Positions 48,565 to 59,040 are shown, counted from the stretch's first letter. The stretch: 64,000 bases of DNA from an uncultured cyanobacterium (GCA_963740315.1 CAVUDP010000002.1:2464001-2528000), one strand, 5' to 3'. The notes: generated from the sequence alone by a model not told the origin. Made by a program: numbers and translations.

Positions 48565-51500
48565 TCAAGCAGCCTCAGCTTCACTCACCTCTGTCTTCGG
48601 CGTTAACAGTAAATACAAACAAGGCACCACAACCAATGCAATCAACGTTGCAGCAAGTAAACCGAAGATAATTGCATTACATAGAGGCATCCAAGTTGGA
48701 TCGCTCAAGGCTAGGGGAATTAAACCAATGATTGTAGTGACACTTGTTGTTAATACTGGACGCAAGCGATCGCCTGCTCCTTTGGCGGCGGCTAATCTAA
48801 CTTTCATCCCTTCTTGTTGATAGCTGTTCATGGTATCAACCATCACAATGGCATCGTTAACTACAATTCCTACTAAAGCGATAATACCGATAAACACGGA
48901 GAAAGAAAAAGGAATTCCTACTAGGTAAAATCCGCCGAAAGTACCAATTAAGGCGAAGGGAATCGCAAGTAAGATAATAAACGGCTGTCGGAAGGAACCG
49001 AGTTGCAGTACTAAGACGGCAAACACCAAGAAAACAGCTATACCAAGCGCTTGTCCTGCGGAACCAAAAGTTTCTGCTTGATCTGCTGTCTCACCCCCAA
49101 AGCTGTAACTGTAGCCAGCTGGCCAGGTCTTTTTCATTTCTTCTAATTTCGGTTCTAAATCTGCGAGAATCTCCCCTACAGTACGGTTGTCATTTTTCGA
49201 TAACACCGTTGCGGTGCGTCGTGCATTTCTCCGAGCAATTGAAAGAGGAGCTTGTGCCTGCACGGCTTCAACAACGGCACTTGCAGAGATTAATTCTTCA
49301 CTGGAATTATCGCTAAAAAAGCGGACTGCTAATAATTCATCCCTACGAGTGGGTCCGCCAACTCTACCATTACGAGAAGGCCAAGCCGTACTCAAACGGA
49401 TTTCCAAGTCTTCTCGATTGCCACCAACGGCGAAATTACCAACGTCGATCGCTCTGGTATAATACTGTGCCTGGGTGGTGAGTTGTTCTTCAGTTAAACC
49501 GTAAAAACTCAGTTCCTCGCGCTTGGGTATTAAGCGTAAATCTGACTGCAAAGTCCCCAGGCTATCCCGGACATCGGTAGCGCCGCGAATTTGCTGTAGC
49601 TCGCTTTGCACTTGCTGAGAAATTTCGCGCAGTTGTGTTAAATCGGTACCAGTAATTTCAATTTGAATCGGGTCGCCGCTTTGTCCGGATTGTTGGGCAT
49701 TTAATACCATTGTTGCCCCTGGATATTTACTGACGACAGTTTTTAATTCATTACGCAAACCGTCTAAGTATTTATAGGAAATTTGCTCTCGTTGTTCTTG
49801 GGGAACCAAAACTCCAGAGAAGCCGAGTAAATAACTACCTGTATTTGGTTGCAGTTCGCCGGATGATACCAAGCTACTGCGTTGACCGACGTATTTAATT
49901 ACGCTTTCAACGTCATCTTTTTGACGTAAAATCTCTCCCACATCGTCGGCAACTTCTTGGGTAACGTTAAGGGTTGTGGTGGGAGGTAAATCCACGTTAA
50001 CGCTGAAATTGCGCTGGTCGGATTGGGGGAAAAATTCTACAGGAATTTGGGTAAAAGCGAGTAGGGCGCAGACAAACAAAGCGACGGTTCCCAGCACCCA
50101 AGCACGAGCTGTCGCTTTATTTCTGACGGTATGGTTGAGACTCCAGCGCACCCAACGTTCGGATGCATGTTCGCTAAGTTTATCAACGCGAGATTTTTTT
50201 TCTCCACCTTTGACATTCGCTAATAAGTAACGAGATAGGGGAATGTCTATGAAAATTGCGATCGCAAAACTCAGCACCAAACAAATAATTGCGGCGATCG
50301 GCAGTAATTCGATAAATTTACCTAAAGTACCGCTAATTGCCATCAACGGTGTCAAGGCTAAAATTGTGGTCAACTGTCCGGAAAAAGCCGGAGGTGCATA
50401 AGTTTTCACCGTATGGAGTGCGGCTTTCTCAAAACTCATATGCTTGACAAAAATCGCTTCGTGCATTCCCTCCATCATCAAGATGAACACATCCACCAAA
50501 ATTCCCAAAGCCAACACCATGCCGATTAGCACCATGTTGTTGAGAGTTTGACCCATTAGCCACAGAACCGCTAATGCTCCTAAAAACGTCAGCGGAATCG
50601 AAAGTCCGGCTATCAAAGCCTCGCGCCAGGAAAGAGCAATAAATAAGATCACAAATACCGCCAGCATTGCCTGCAACGCATTTACGAACAAATTGCCCAA
50701 CTGCTCCCAAATAATCTCCGACTCATCGGAAATGACGCGGTATTCCATCCCATAAGGCCAAACATTAGGATTGAGCTTAATCTCGTCAATTTTGGCGCGG
50801 ACTTTATCGATCACTTCAATCGAATCTTGTCCCGGCACTTTTTTAACGCTAATGCTGACAACTGGCTGAAATTCTTGCTCCTTAACGCTGATAAAGGCAC
50901 GGGTGCTTTCTTGTTCGAGTTCGCGAGTCACGGAAGCAACTTCATTTAAGCGGACAACTCGTCCAGATAAACGAGCGATCGGCAATTCCTGCAACTCTTC
51001 AATCTTGCGAAACCTGCCGTAAAATCGTACTTGAGTACCAATGACATCGCTTTCGATCTCGTTGAGGGGAACATCCCGGTTAGCAGCGCGAATTTGATTG
51101 GCTACCGTAGTTGGTGAAATCCCCAATGTAGCCAAACGAAAGGGATTCATTTGCACGCTGATTACTTCTTCCCTAGCACCAGCAATATTTACTTCACTTA
51201 CCCCGGCTACCTCTTCCAAACGATCTTCTATTTGCTGAGTAGCTTGAGAAATTACCGTTGGGTCAATGTTACCGTACAGTGCCAGGGTAAGAATCGGAGC
51301 ATCGCTAACAGAAGCCTGGGTAACTGTAGGTTCATCCGCATCTCTGGGTAGTCGTGATTCTGCTTGAGAAACCGCTTCCCGTAATTCTTGAATTGCTTTA
51401 TCGCTGTTAGCACTACTGTTAAACTCGACGTTGATTACCGAGAAACCCGTATAAGAAGCACTTTGAATTTGGCTGATATTTTCAACTGAGGTAATTTCTT

Positions 51501-51765
51501 TCTCGATTTCGTTGGTGATTTGCTGTTCAATGGTTTGTGGATCGGCACCACCCCAAGAAGTAGTAATACTCCCAACAGCAATATCAATATCTGGTTGGGA
51601 TTGTTTTGTCATCGAAAAATAACCCAATATCCCGCCAATAACTAATAGTAGGGTTAAAAGTATCGCGAAAATCGTGTTTAAGAAAAAGAAACGTTCAAAG
51701 AATGAGGGTTTACTCACATTAGGAGTTTCTTTTTGGTTTTCTGGTGAAGATTCTAATCTACTCAT
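48565..51765 (-). CDS. RND efflux permease (AcrB/AcrD/AcrF family)
   Basis: 1066 aa, two periplasmic halves, GILVD, RLRPVLTTS.TTI.GL.P. Confidence 0.92.
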   Translation of the reverse strand: MSRLESSPENQKETPNVSKPSFFERFFFLNTIFAILLTLLLVIGGILGYFSMTKQSQPDIDIAVGSITTSWGGADPQTIEQQITNEIEKEITSVENISQIQSASYTGFSVINVEFNSSANSDKAIQELREAVSQAESRLPRDADEPTVTQASVSDAPILTLALYGNIDPTVISQATQQIEDRLEEVAGVSEVNIAGAREEVISVQMNPFRLATLGISPTTVANQIRAANRDVPLNEIESDVIGTQVRFYGRFRKIEELQELPIARLSGRVVRLNEVASVTRELEQESTRAFISVKEQEFQPVVSISVKKVPGQDSIEVIDKVRAKIDEIKLNPNVWPYGMEYRVISDESEIIWEQLGNLFVNALQAMLAVFVILFIALSWREALIAGLSIPLTFLGALAVLWLMGQTLNNMVLIGMVLALGILVDVFILMMEGMHEAIFVKHMSFEKAALHTVKTYAPPAFSGQLTTILALTPLMAISGTLGKFIELLPIAAIICLVLSFAIAIFIDIPLSRYLLANVKGGEKKSRVDKLSEHASERWVRWSLNHTVRNKATARAWVLGTVALFVCALLAFTQIPVEFFPQSDQRNFSVNVDLPPTTTLNVTQEVADDVGEILRQKDDVESVIKYVGQRSSLVSSGELQPNTGSYLLGFSGVLVPQEQREQISYKYLDGLRNELKTVVSKYPGATMVLNAQQSGQSGDPIQIEITGTDLTQLREISQQVQSELQQIRGATDVRDSLGTLQSDLRLIPKREELSFYGLTEEQLTTQAQYYTRAIDVGNFAVGGNREDLEIRLSTAWPSRNGRVGGPTRRDELLAVRFFSDNSSEELISASAVVEAVQAQAPLSIARRNARRTATVLSKNDNRTVGEILADLEPKLEEMKKTWPAGYSYSFGGETADQAETFGSAGQALGIAVFLVFAVLVLQLGSFRQPFIILLAIPFALIGTFGGFYLVGIPFSFSVFIGIIALVGIVVNDAIVMVDTMNSYQQEGMKVRLAAAKGAGDRLRPVLTTSVTTIIGLIPLALSDPTWMPLCNAIIFGLLAATLIALVVVPCLYLLLTPKTEVSEAEAA

Positions 51766-51834
51766 TGCAATTTAGAGAGGGGGAAGAGGGGGAAGAATTT
51801 TATTGATAACTGATAACTGTTCACTGTTCACTGT

Positions 51835-53508
51835 TCACTGTTCACTGATAACTGTCACAGGTGCGCCGTTTACAAGACGATTTTGTCCTTGAGTAATAAC
51901 GGATTCTCCGGCTTTGATTCCGCTGATAATTTGCTGTTGGGTAATGCCTTTTATTCCTAGTTCTACTTTTCGCTGTTCGACTATCCCTTTCTCGTTAACT
52001 ACGAAAACATTGGGGGTTTGGTCGCGGTAAACTACTGTATTAATAGGAACGACGACGGCGTTTGGTTCTTCTTCTACCGCAATCCATGTCAAGACTCGTT
52101 CGCCATGTCGGATATTTTTGGTGGTTGCCGGATTTAAACGAATTTTGGCTTCAATTGCTCGTCCTCCGGGGCTGATGGCGGGGTTAACCGCAAAGACTTC
52201 ACCTTCAGCACGAGCGTTGGCGATTAAGGTTTCGTTGTCAGTACTTACACTGACTGAAGATTTTGTGTTTGTCTCTGAGGCAACATATACTGTTTGATCT
52301 GGTTCAACTTTCTCGCCGTTGGAGCCTGCTAAATCTACAGTCACTTCATAACGGGTAGGATCGATTACTACCATTGGTATTCTTTCTAAAATTCCCTGGT
52401 AATCGCCGCCAATCTGAGAACTTACTGCTTGAGGTGAGAAATTATCTCCTTCTCTGTAGTTGAGATAAGCAACAATACCGTCGAAGGGAGCAATAATGCT
52501 GGCTCCTTCTAAAGCCACTTTTGCTTGAATTAACCGGGCTTCGGCTGTGACAATACCGCTTTGTGTGGCATCAAGTTGTTCTTGAGCGGCTCTAACTCCG
52601 GCTTGTGCTGACTCTACTTGTGATTCGGCTGTCTGTACTTGCGATCGCGCTGACTCTACCTGAGATTGGGCTGAGTTTACTTGAGATTTGGCAGATAAAA
52701 CATCAGCCTCGGTATCGCGGAAGGCATTTTGTCTGGTGTCGAATTCCTGACGAGGAACGGCTCCTTGATTAACCAGCGAGCGATAGCGTTCGAGATTGGT
52801 AGCCGCTAGATTGCGAGCCGTTTGGGCTTTTTGGACTTGCGCTTGCGCTTGCGATACTGCCGATCGCGTTTGGGAAACTTGCGATCGCGCTTGGGATACT
52901 TGCGAACGTGCTTGTGATACTTGCGAACGCGATTGAGCGACATTTGCAGCGGATGCAGCTTTTTGCTTGCGTGCTTCGGCGATCGCAGCTTCGGCTTGTC
53001 GAACATCTGCTACAAGTTTGCGATCGTCTACCCGTGCGAGTAGCTCTCCTTTTTTAACTCTATCTCCTTCTCGCAATCTTCTGCCGTTACGACGAGCCAA
53101 AAAAGTTACGTCTCCTGCGACATCAAAGCTTAGATGTTTATATTTTGCTGCTGTAACTCTACCTTCACTGGAAACCCAAGCGCGGATTGGTTCTTGTTGC
53201 GCTTTTATGGTTCGCACGGAAAGCGGTGCAGCTTTAGCTACGGGGGTTTCTTCTGGAGCGCTTTCCCAAGGGCGAACTACTGCGACACCACCACCTAATA
53301 CACCTAATAAAGCTACTAACCACCAATACTTTTTAAAAGTTGCTTTAATTTTATTGTCTTTTTTATCGGGTTTTTCAACTTTCTCTCGATCTAATTGTTC
53401 TGGAGAATCTTGATATTCTTGAGGTGTTAACTCCTGCATCTCGCTTGAAGATTCATCGGAATGCACGTTACCTAAGTCGTCGTCGAATGATGGTGAATAA
53501 TTGCTCAC
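51835..53508 (-). CDS. RND periplasmic adaptor (MFP) with extended coiled coil
   Basis: TM anchor, EGDRVKKGELLARVD, IIAPFDG; SQVSQAR heptads; likely GTG start at 53508. Confidence 0.88.
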   Translation of the reverse strand: MSNYSPSFDDDLGNVHSDESSSEMQELTPQEYQDSPEQLDREKVEKPDKKDNKIKATFKKYWWLVALLGVLGGGVAVVRPWESAPEETPVAKAAPLSVRTIKAQQEPIRAWVSSEGRVTAAKYKHLSFDVAGDVTFLARRNGRRLREGDRVKKGELLARVDDRKLVADVRQAEAAIAEARKQKAASAANVAQSRSQVSQARSQVSQARSQVSQTRSAVSQAQAQVQKAQTARNLAATNLERYRSLVNQGAVPRQEFDTRQNAFRDTEADVLSAKSQVNSAQSQVESARSQVQTAESQVESAQAGVRAAQEQLDATQSGIVTAEARLIQAKVALEGASIIAPFDGIVAYLNYREGDNFSPQAVSSQIGGDYQGILERIPMVVIDPTRYEVTVDLAGSNGEKVEPDQTVYVASETNTKSSVSVSTDNETLIANARAEGEVFAVNPAISPGGRAIEAKIRLNPATTKNIRHGERVLTWIAVEEEPNAVVVPINTVVYRDQTPNVFVVNEKGIVEQRKVELGIKGITQQQIISGIKAGESVITQGQNRLVNGAPVTVISEQ

Positions 53509-53717
53509 TTTTTTGTCTCTTTGTTGAGGATTTACGCGAAAAATACTGATAAAAAAAGCAATAAATATTACTATTTTTTTAGTTTTATATGATAAAAATA
53601 AGGATGCTAAATTGAGCCTGCCTTGCAAGCTTTGTTCTTGTAGCTTTTAACTGATAATGTTTCGGTAGCAGATTAACTATTTAAAAAACTGTCGGAATAC
53701 ACAGAGAAAATAAAGCG

Positions 53718-53824
53718 ATAAGTACCTAAGCAAAATTAATTGTATATTGTCATTGCGAGGAACGAAGCAATCCCAGCGTTTTGAAGATTTTAGAATATTA
53801 AATTAATTTTGCACGACTACTTAT
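53718..53824. mobile_element. MITE-like element
   Basis: ATAAGTA..GCAAAATTAATT / AATTAATTTTGC..TACTTAT inverted ends; internal GTCATTGCGAG..CGAAGCAATCCC shared with 48379-48511. Confidence 0.6.
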
Positions 53825-53878
53825 AGGTAATTTAAAAGAAGCACAAATAATTAACCGAACCTAACAGCATTAATTATT

Positions 53879-54601
53879 TCAGCGCGCTCGATCGCTATAA
53901 GACATCCTACGATTATTCATCTTTAAATCTTGATTCGGTGCATCAAAATTACTGCTCATCCCTTGTTCTATAACTCTCACCAAATCATCAAAAACTTTAT
54001 CTACTACTTGCATATCTATTTTCAAAGGTTCTTCCGAAGTCAACTCTTCAGGCTCGATATTCATCTGACCTAAAATAAAGTTTCCTAACTCATTACCCAA
54101 CAAAGTGCTAACCACAAAAGCGGCTAAATCTGGTGAAATATCGGCACTAATATCTCCTCTATCTATCCCTTGACTAATTAACTGTTTTATGTAGTCTGTA
54201 GAAATTTCTTGAGTACGCTTGATTGCTTCGTCACGAAACGGTAAATTCCCATATACAGCCCCGTTGATAATCCGGCTAATTTTGGGATGCGCTAAATCAA
54301 ACTGAGCGCTTGCTCCGAGCAACCAGCGCAAATAACGAAAAAACCCTTTTTGTAATTCTGGTGGATCTGTACTGCGTAAAAAAGTAATCCTTTCTTGACT
54401 CGCTAACTCAACAAGATGCAAATAAAGGTCTTTCTTATCCTGAAAATATTGATAGAAGCTACCTTTGGCTATTTTCGCATTCGCAACAATTCGAGAAATC
54501 GAAGCGCTGTTATAGTCATAAGTTGCAAATTCCGCGATCGCAATTTCCGTAAGCGCTTTTCGTTTATTTTCTGGTAGATTGAAAAAGGTTTGATTCGGCA
54601 T
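53879..54601 (-). CDS. TetR/AcrR family regulator
   Basis: MPNQTFFNL..EFA..ASISRIV..IAKGSFYQYFQDKKDLY. Confidence 0.92.
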   Translation of the reverse strand: MPNQTFFNLPENKRKALTEIAIAEFATYDYNSASISRIVANAKIAKGSFYQYFQDKKDLYLHLVELASQERITFLRSTDPPELQKGFFRYLRWLLGASAQFDLAHPKISRIINGAVYGNLPFRDEAIKRTQEISTDYIKQLISQGIDRGDISADISPDLAAFVVSTLLGNELGNFILGQMNIEPEELTSEEPLKIDMQVVDKVFDDLVRVIEQGMSSNFDAPNQDLKMNNRRMSYSDRAR

Positions 54602-54630
54602 AGCTAGAAATTCGATTATTTAAAATATAG

Positions 54631-54689
54631 TGACTTGTAAGTCATGTGACTTTATAGTCACTATATTAGCAAACACCTCATGCTGTCAA
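54631..54689 (-). promoter_or_regulatory. Sigma70 promoter with tandem TGAC-N6-GTCA operators upstream of tetR
   Basis: TGACttgtaaGTCA-TG-TGACtttataGTCA (54631-54660); TTGACA (54689-54684), 18 nt, TATAGT. Confidence 0.8.
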
Positions 54690-54741
54690 CCCCATCTGAA
54701 GATAGAGAACTTGTTAAAATAGGTTTGTAGTAGGGAATGAG

Positions 54742-54888
54742 CGTGCTTGAGAGAGCTAAAGCTTTTACTACGAACCTTTGCGTGCTTGAGAGCTAAAGCT
54801 CTTACTACGAACCTTTGCGTGCTTGAGAGAGCTAAAGCTCTTACTACGAACTTTTGCCTCGGAGAGCTAAAGCTCTTACTACGAACTT
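54742..54888. repeat. Tandem copies of dispersed repeat GAGAGCTAAAGCTCTTACTACGAAC
   Basis: Four near-identical units; related copies at about 26466-26490 and 59930-60022. Confidence 0.8.
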
Positions 54889-54891
54889 TTG

Positions 54892-56607
54892 TTAATTTAA
54901 CGTGCGTTCGTAGATTACACTACCTTGAGCATCGTAAACAATCAAAGGTACGTCGGCGTTGTCGCTGATTGCTTCTAAGGCTTGCTGTAAAGTTTGTAGG
55001 TGATTGTTGACACCTGCAATAATATCTGTATCTCTTTGAGCGCTGGCTTCAGCCAAATTATCTTGCAAGTTTTGCTCGTAATCGGGAGTTATCCGCACGG
55101 TGATTCCTTGACTACCCATGATATAAGTACAAACGCGAATCTCACCGGAACAGGTTTTATCTAAATCGGAACGGGTTTTCTGTATTCGGATGGCGACTTG
55201 TAATTTTTCTTGGGCTTGTTGAAGAGAAGCCGATACAGGTACAACTAATTGTTGAGCTTGAACATTATACAGGCTGTTACTAGCAACCCGTTGGGCGGAG
55301 TTTAAAGCGGTTTGCCACTGTGCTACTGCTGAGTACCATTGGTTTTGTCGTTCGTAACCCTCGGCAAGGTTAACTGCGTTGACGGCTTGTTTATAAGTCT
55401 TGGCTGCCGTCAATTCTTTGGTAATGCGGTTTTTTGCTGCTAATAATCGGGGCTTATACTCGAATATCAGTTTTTGTGCATCGGAATGTGCCGAACTTTT
55501 GAAAGGAATGGGAGTTAATGCATTTACGGCTACTTGCCAAGTCGATTCAACTTTCTGCCAGTCTTGCAAAGTTTTAGCAGTTGTCTCTCGCTTTTCGGCA
55601 ACGATCGCTACGGCTTTGGCTGAAGTGATTTTTTTCGCCCATTTATCTTCTTTCGCTAACTGAGTATTGATTGCTAGTAAATTACTGCGATAGCTGGCAA
55701 GTTTTTTTTGCGCTAATTGATAAAGTTCGTCGTCGGGATTAATTGCTTCTAAGGGTGCGATCGCTTGTCGCCATAACCTGCGTCTATCTTGTAGCTCTTC
55801 TAAATTAGTGGGAGCCGCCAGACTTTTTTCCGTTGCGATCGTTGCTGCTTGATAAGCTGTAAATACCTGTTGAATTTTTGCTGATTTCTCAGTCAAACTA
55901 AGCGAAAGTCGTTGTGATTCTTGAGAATAAGGGGATAAATTGGGGATTTGCCCCAGATTTGCGTTTGCTGAATCAATTTGACGCTGCAAACGAGCTAAAT
56001 CTTGTTTGGAGTTGATTTCTTTAGTTAGTTCTTCATAAGAGCTATTTAAATTTTGTGCGGTTTTTAGTTGATTGCATTTAGTTATCAAACAAGGGCGAGT
56101 TGCAACATAAGCACCGCCTAAAGTTGCACTAATTATTACCCCAACTACCGCAAGTAAAATCAGTTTGATATTGAAACCCGAATTTGATTCTGAATGCTGG
56201 GGTGAATCGGGTACGGCAAGCGAGCTTAATGACTCATCCTCCTCATCGATTGGTAAATAAGTCAAAGCTGAGGAATCGGGGTTTTCACCACCGTCACCAC
56301 CGTATTGCTCCAGAGTAAAGGAACGTTTGGCGTAAGGAAGCTTGACTCCATCTACTCGTAAGAAAACGTCTGCTTTTTCTTGTTGGTAATCGCCAGAATT
56401 ATTTTGCAGTGCTTCTTCAAAAACTGTAAAAATATTTTCGGTATCGACTGCCACACCTTGGGGGTGCTGAGTTAAAATCATTAGCTGATGATTTTTTACA
56501 GCACACTTGACTCTGAAGAATTCTCCAGATGGAACGTCTGCACGTAGATGTTCCTGCAAATTGTTTGCTAACAGTTGTAAATTATCCTGCTGAGTCGCTA
56601 CTGTCAT
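54892..56607 (-). CDS. Hypothetical membrane-anchored protein with helical (TPR-like) repeats
   Basis: Single TM; repeats WxxAxxxLxxIPxxSxxYxxAQ. Confidence 0.75.
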   Translation of the reverse strand: MTVATQQDNLQLLANNLQEHLRADVPSGEFFRVKCAVKNHQLMILTQHPQGVAVDTENIFTVFEEALQNNSGDYQQEKADVFLRVDGVKLPYAKRSFTLEQYGGDGGENPDSSALTYLPIDEEDESLSSLAVPDSPQHSESNSGFNIKLILLAVVGVIISATLGGAYVATRPCLITKCNQLKTAQNLNSSYEELTKEINSKQDLARLQRQIDSANANLGQIPNLSPYSQESQRLSLSLTEKSAKIQQVFTAYQAATIATEKSLAAPTNLEELQDRRRLWRQAIAPLEAINPDDELYQLAQKKLASYRSNLLAINTQLAKEDKWAKKITSAKAVAIVAEKRETTAKTLQDWQKVESTWQVAVNALTPIPFKSSAHSDAQKLIFEYKPRLLAAKNRITKELTAAKTYKQAVNAVNLAEGYERQNQWYSAVAQWQTALNSAQRVASNSLYNVQAQQLVVPVSASLQQAQEKLQVAIRIQKTRSDLDKTCSGEIRVCTYIMGSQGITVRITPDYEQNLQDNLAEASAQRDTDIIAGVNNHLQTLQQALEAISDNADVPLIVYDAQGSVIYERTLN

Positions 56608-57080
56608 AAAGCCCCGTTCCGTTCCGTTTAGTTTCTGAAATTATTTGTACAAGTGGGTAAGACCAACTTTTTATTAACTAGTCGCGATATCAAATCCGAA
56701 CGTTCATTTTTTAACACAATAAATCAGTTTTTACAAAAAGCTTAAAAATTAACCAAACTTAGATTTGGAAGTCATCTGGTGTGTTAGCTCTATTGATTTT
56801 AGCTATAGGGTAAATACTTAATTATCTGTCTTAAGAAGAAAAATTGCCGACATAAAATAATTTGATAGATATGATAATTTTTTTCGTGAAAGTGGGAATA
56901 ATAAGAATATTTATTTTTTCAATTTTGCGATAAATTGTTTCAAAAGTTAATAAATAGCTCTAAAGATAGATAGATTTGATTGCCGATAATTTCTTACATT
57001 ATTTTTACGATCTAATACCCAAAAGCTTAGTATGTAAGAAGTGTAGCTATTTATCAATTAAATTGCGTGTAATTGAAAAT

Positions 57081-57122
57081 GTAAGCATTTTTACTGATAT
57101 GATGCGTTACTTACTATAAAGT
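57081..57122 (+). promoter_or_regulatory. Candidate NtcA-activated promoter upstream of sucC
   Basis: GTA-AGCATTTT-TAC (57081-57094), 22 nt, TAAAGT (TAN3T). Confidence 0.45.
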
Positions 57123-57308
57123 AATAAGGTGTGAGAGCAGTTTTTAAATTTACCCAAACTACGCTATTAGATAGAATTAGGAACGGAAAATAACTGGTTT
57201 TTAACAGCTTGTTTTTAACGGCTTAAAATAAAAGACTGATTATTCGGGTGCAGTGTTTATGCATAACAGCACCTACCTTCACCCTTCACAAGTTGCAACA
57301 AAAGGTGT

Positions 57309-58538
57309 GTGTCAATGGAATTATTGGAATATCAAGTAAAAGAATGGTTTGAGAAAATAGGTATTCCTGTATTACCTTCTCAAACAATTGACCATCCTAC
57401 CGATATTAAGCGTTTAAAAATCAACTTCCCAATAGTTTTAAAATCTCAGATTTACGGAGGGGCACGTGCTGCTTCTGGTGGAGTCAGATTTGTAGAAACT
57501 ACAATCGATGCGATCGCCGCCGCGCAAAACATATTTAATCAGGCGATTGGTGGCGAATTACCGGAAGTTTTATTAGCGGAAGCAAAATACAACATCGAAC
57601 GAGAGTTATACCTGGCGATCGTTTTAGATACAGCGGTATGTCGTCCCATATTGTTGGGTTGTAATGAAGCGGATATCGATTGGGAAGAAGCTGGGGAGAA
57701 AATGCAGCACGTTGTGGTAGAGGAGCAATTTTCTCCTTATTATGCTCGCAGACTGGCTTTAAAAATGGGTTTGCAAGGTGCTTTGATGCAGTCAATAAGT
57801 AACGTTATCGAAAAGATGTACCGATTGTTTGTAGAGAAAGACTTGGATTTAGTGGAAATTAATCCCTTGGGCGTAAATTCTTCGGGACAAGTCATGGCTC
57901 TCAATGGTAACGTCAGCATCAACGAAAGAGCTATCCGTCGTCATCAAGACATTACTTTAATGGCTCGAAAATTGATTAGCCGCAACCTTTCGGAAAAGAA
58001 AAATGGCAGCTTTGGCAATTGGTATGGGGCTGAAAGCGGTAAAATAGGCATTTTAGGAAACGGCGCAGGTTCGGTTATGGCAACTTCAGATTTAGTTGTA
58101 AATAATGGTGGCAAACCTGGAATATGTCTAAATTTACGACACGCATTTCTAACCGACACTACACCAACAACTTTTAATACCCGTTTGGAAAAAGCTTTGC
58201 AAATTTTGGCTGCTGATAAAAGTATTCAAGTAATACTGATTAACTTTTTAGGTGGTATTCCTCAAGTCGCGGAAGTCGTGGAAGCAATTGCAAATTTTAT
58301 TCAAGAGCAACCACAACAATTTAATTCCCCAGGATTTGTTTCAAATGGTACTAAAAATCGTAAAGGCTTTTCTCTTCCTAAATTGGTTATTCGTTTAGCT
58401 GGTGCCGATCTGGATACAGCCAAAAAGTACTTATTAGATTTAACCAAGGTAGGTGAAAGTCCTATATTACTAGTAGAAAGTTTAGATGAGGCGGTAGCGA
58501 CTGCTGTTAAGCTCACAAAAACCAATGCTAAAAAGTAA
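57309..58538 (+). CDS. sucC: Succinate-CoA ligase beta subunit-like (divergent)
   Basis: LLEYQVKE, ELYLAIVLD, VEINPL, GNGAG. Confidence 0.85.
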   Translation: MSMELLEYQVKEWFEKIGIPVLPSQTIDHPTDIKRLKINFPIVLKSQIYGGARAASGGVRFVETTIDAIAAAQNIFNQAIGGELPEVLLAEAKYNIERELYLAIVLDTAVCRPILLGCNEADIDWEEAGEKMQHVVVEEQFSPYYARRLALKMGLQGALMQSISNVIEKMYRLFVEKDLDLVEINPLGVNSSGQVMALNGNVSINERAIRRHQDITLMARKLISRNLSEKKNGSFGNWYGAESGKIGILGNGAGSVMATSDLVVNNGGKPGICLNLRHAFLTDTTPTTFNTRLEKALQILAADKSIQVILINFLGGIPQVAEVVEAIANFIQEQPQQFNSPGFVSNGTKNRKGFSLPKLVIRLAGADLDTAKKYLLDLTKVGESPILLVESLDEAVATAVKLTKTNAKK

Positions 58539-59040
58539 CAATAAAATTACTAAAATAAGAGTATTCTATTTTTAGAAGACGCGCCGGTATATATCAAATC
58601 TCTCGATCCTATATGCCTTCCGTCATTCTTACTTAAGCTTGTTTGGGGGTAAGGTTTTTGTAATAATAAGTAAATATTTATTTATAAATGTAGCAACGCG
58701 CCATCATAGCTTTTTTCAAGCTTTATAACTTGAATGGCGACTATTATATCAGTAGGTAATTAATGTCTAATAGTTAATAATTTTATAGTCAAATAATTAG
58801 GCACAGAGGTGTAATATATCAATTCACAGCAACCAAAATCTACGTTTTGATTTAATTCAATATTCTTGTGTAGCTTTAGTTGAATATAAAAAAATCATCG
58901 CCTCATAACCTTATCTTAACCTAAAACCTTCTTTGTTTGAAATGTCATATTCGCGCATTACAGCTAATAAGGTGACACCATGCATATTGTTTATGAGTGA
59001 GTCAAACGGCTAAATTATCCTTCAATTATTATGCTTTTTT

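Noticed and set aside
54742..54968. Repeats resembling a mini-CRISPR, and a 73-aa ORF
   Set aside because: Intervening segments are short and near-identical rather than unique spacers, there are no cas genes, and the unit is a dispersed repeat also found at 26.5 and 60 kb.
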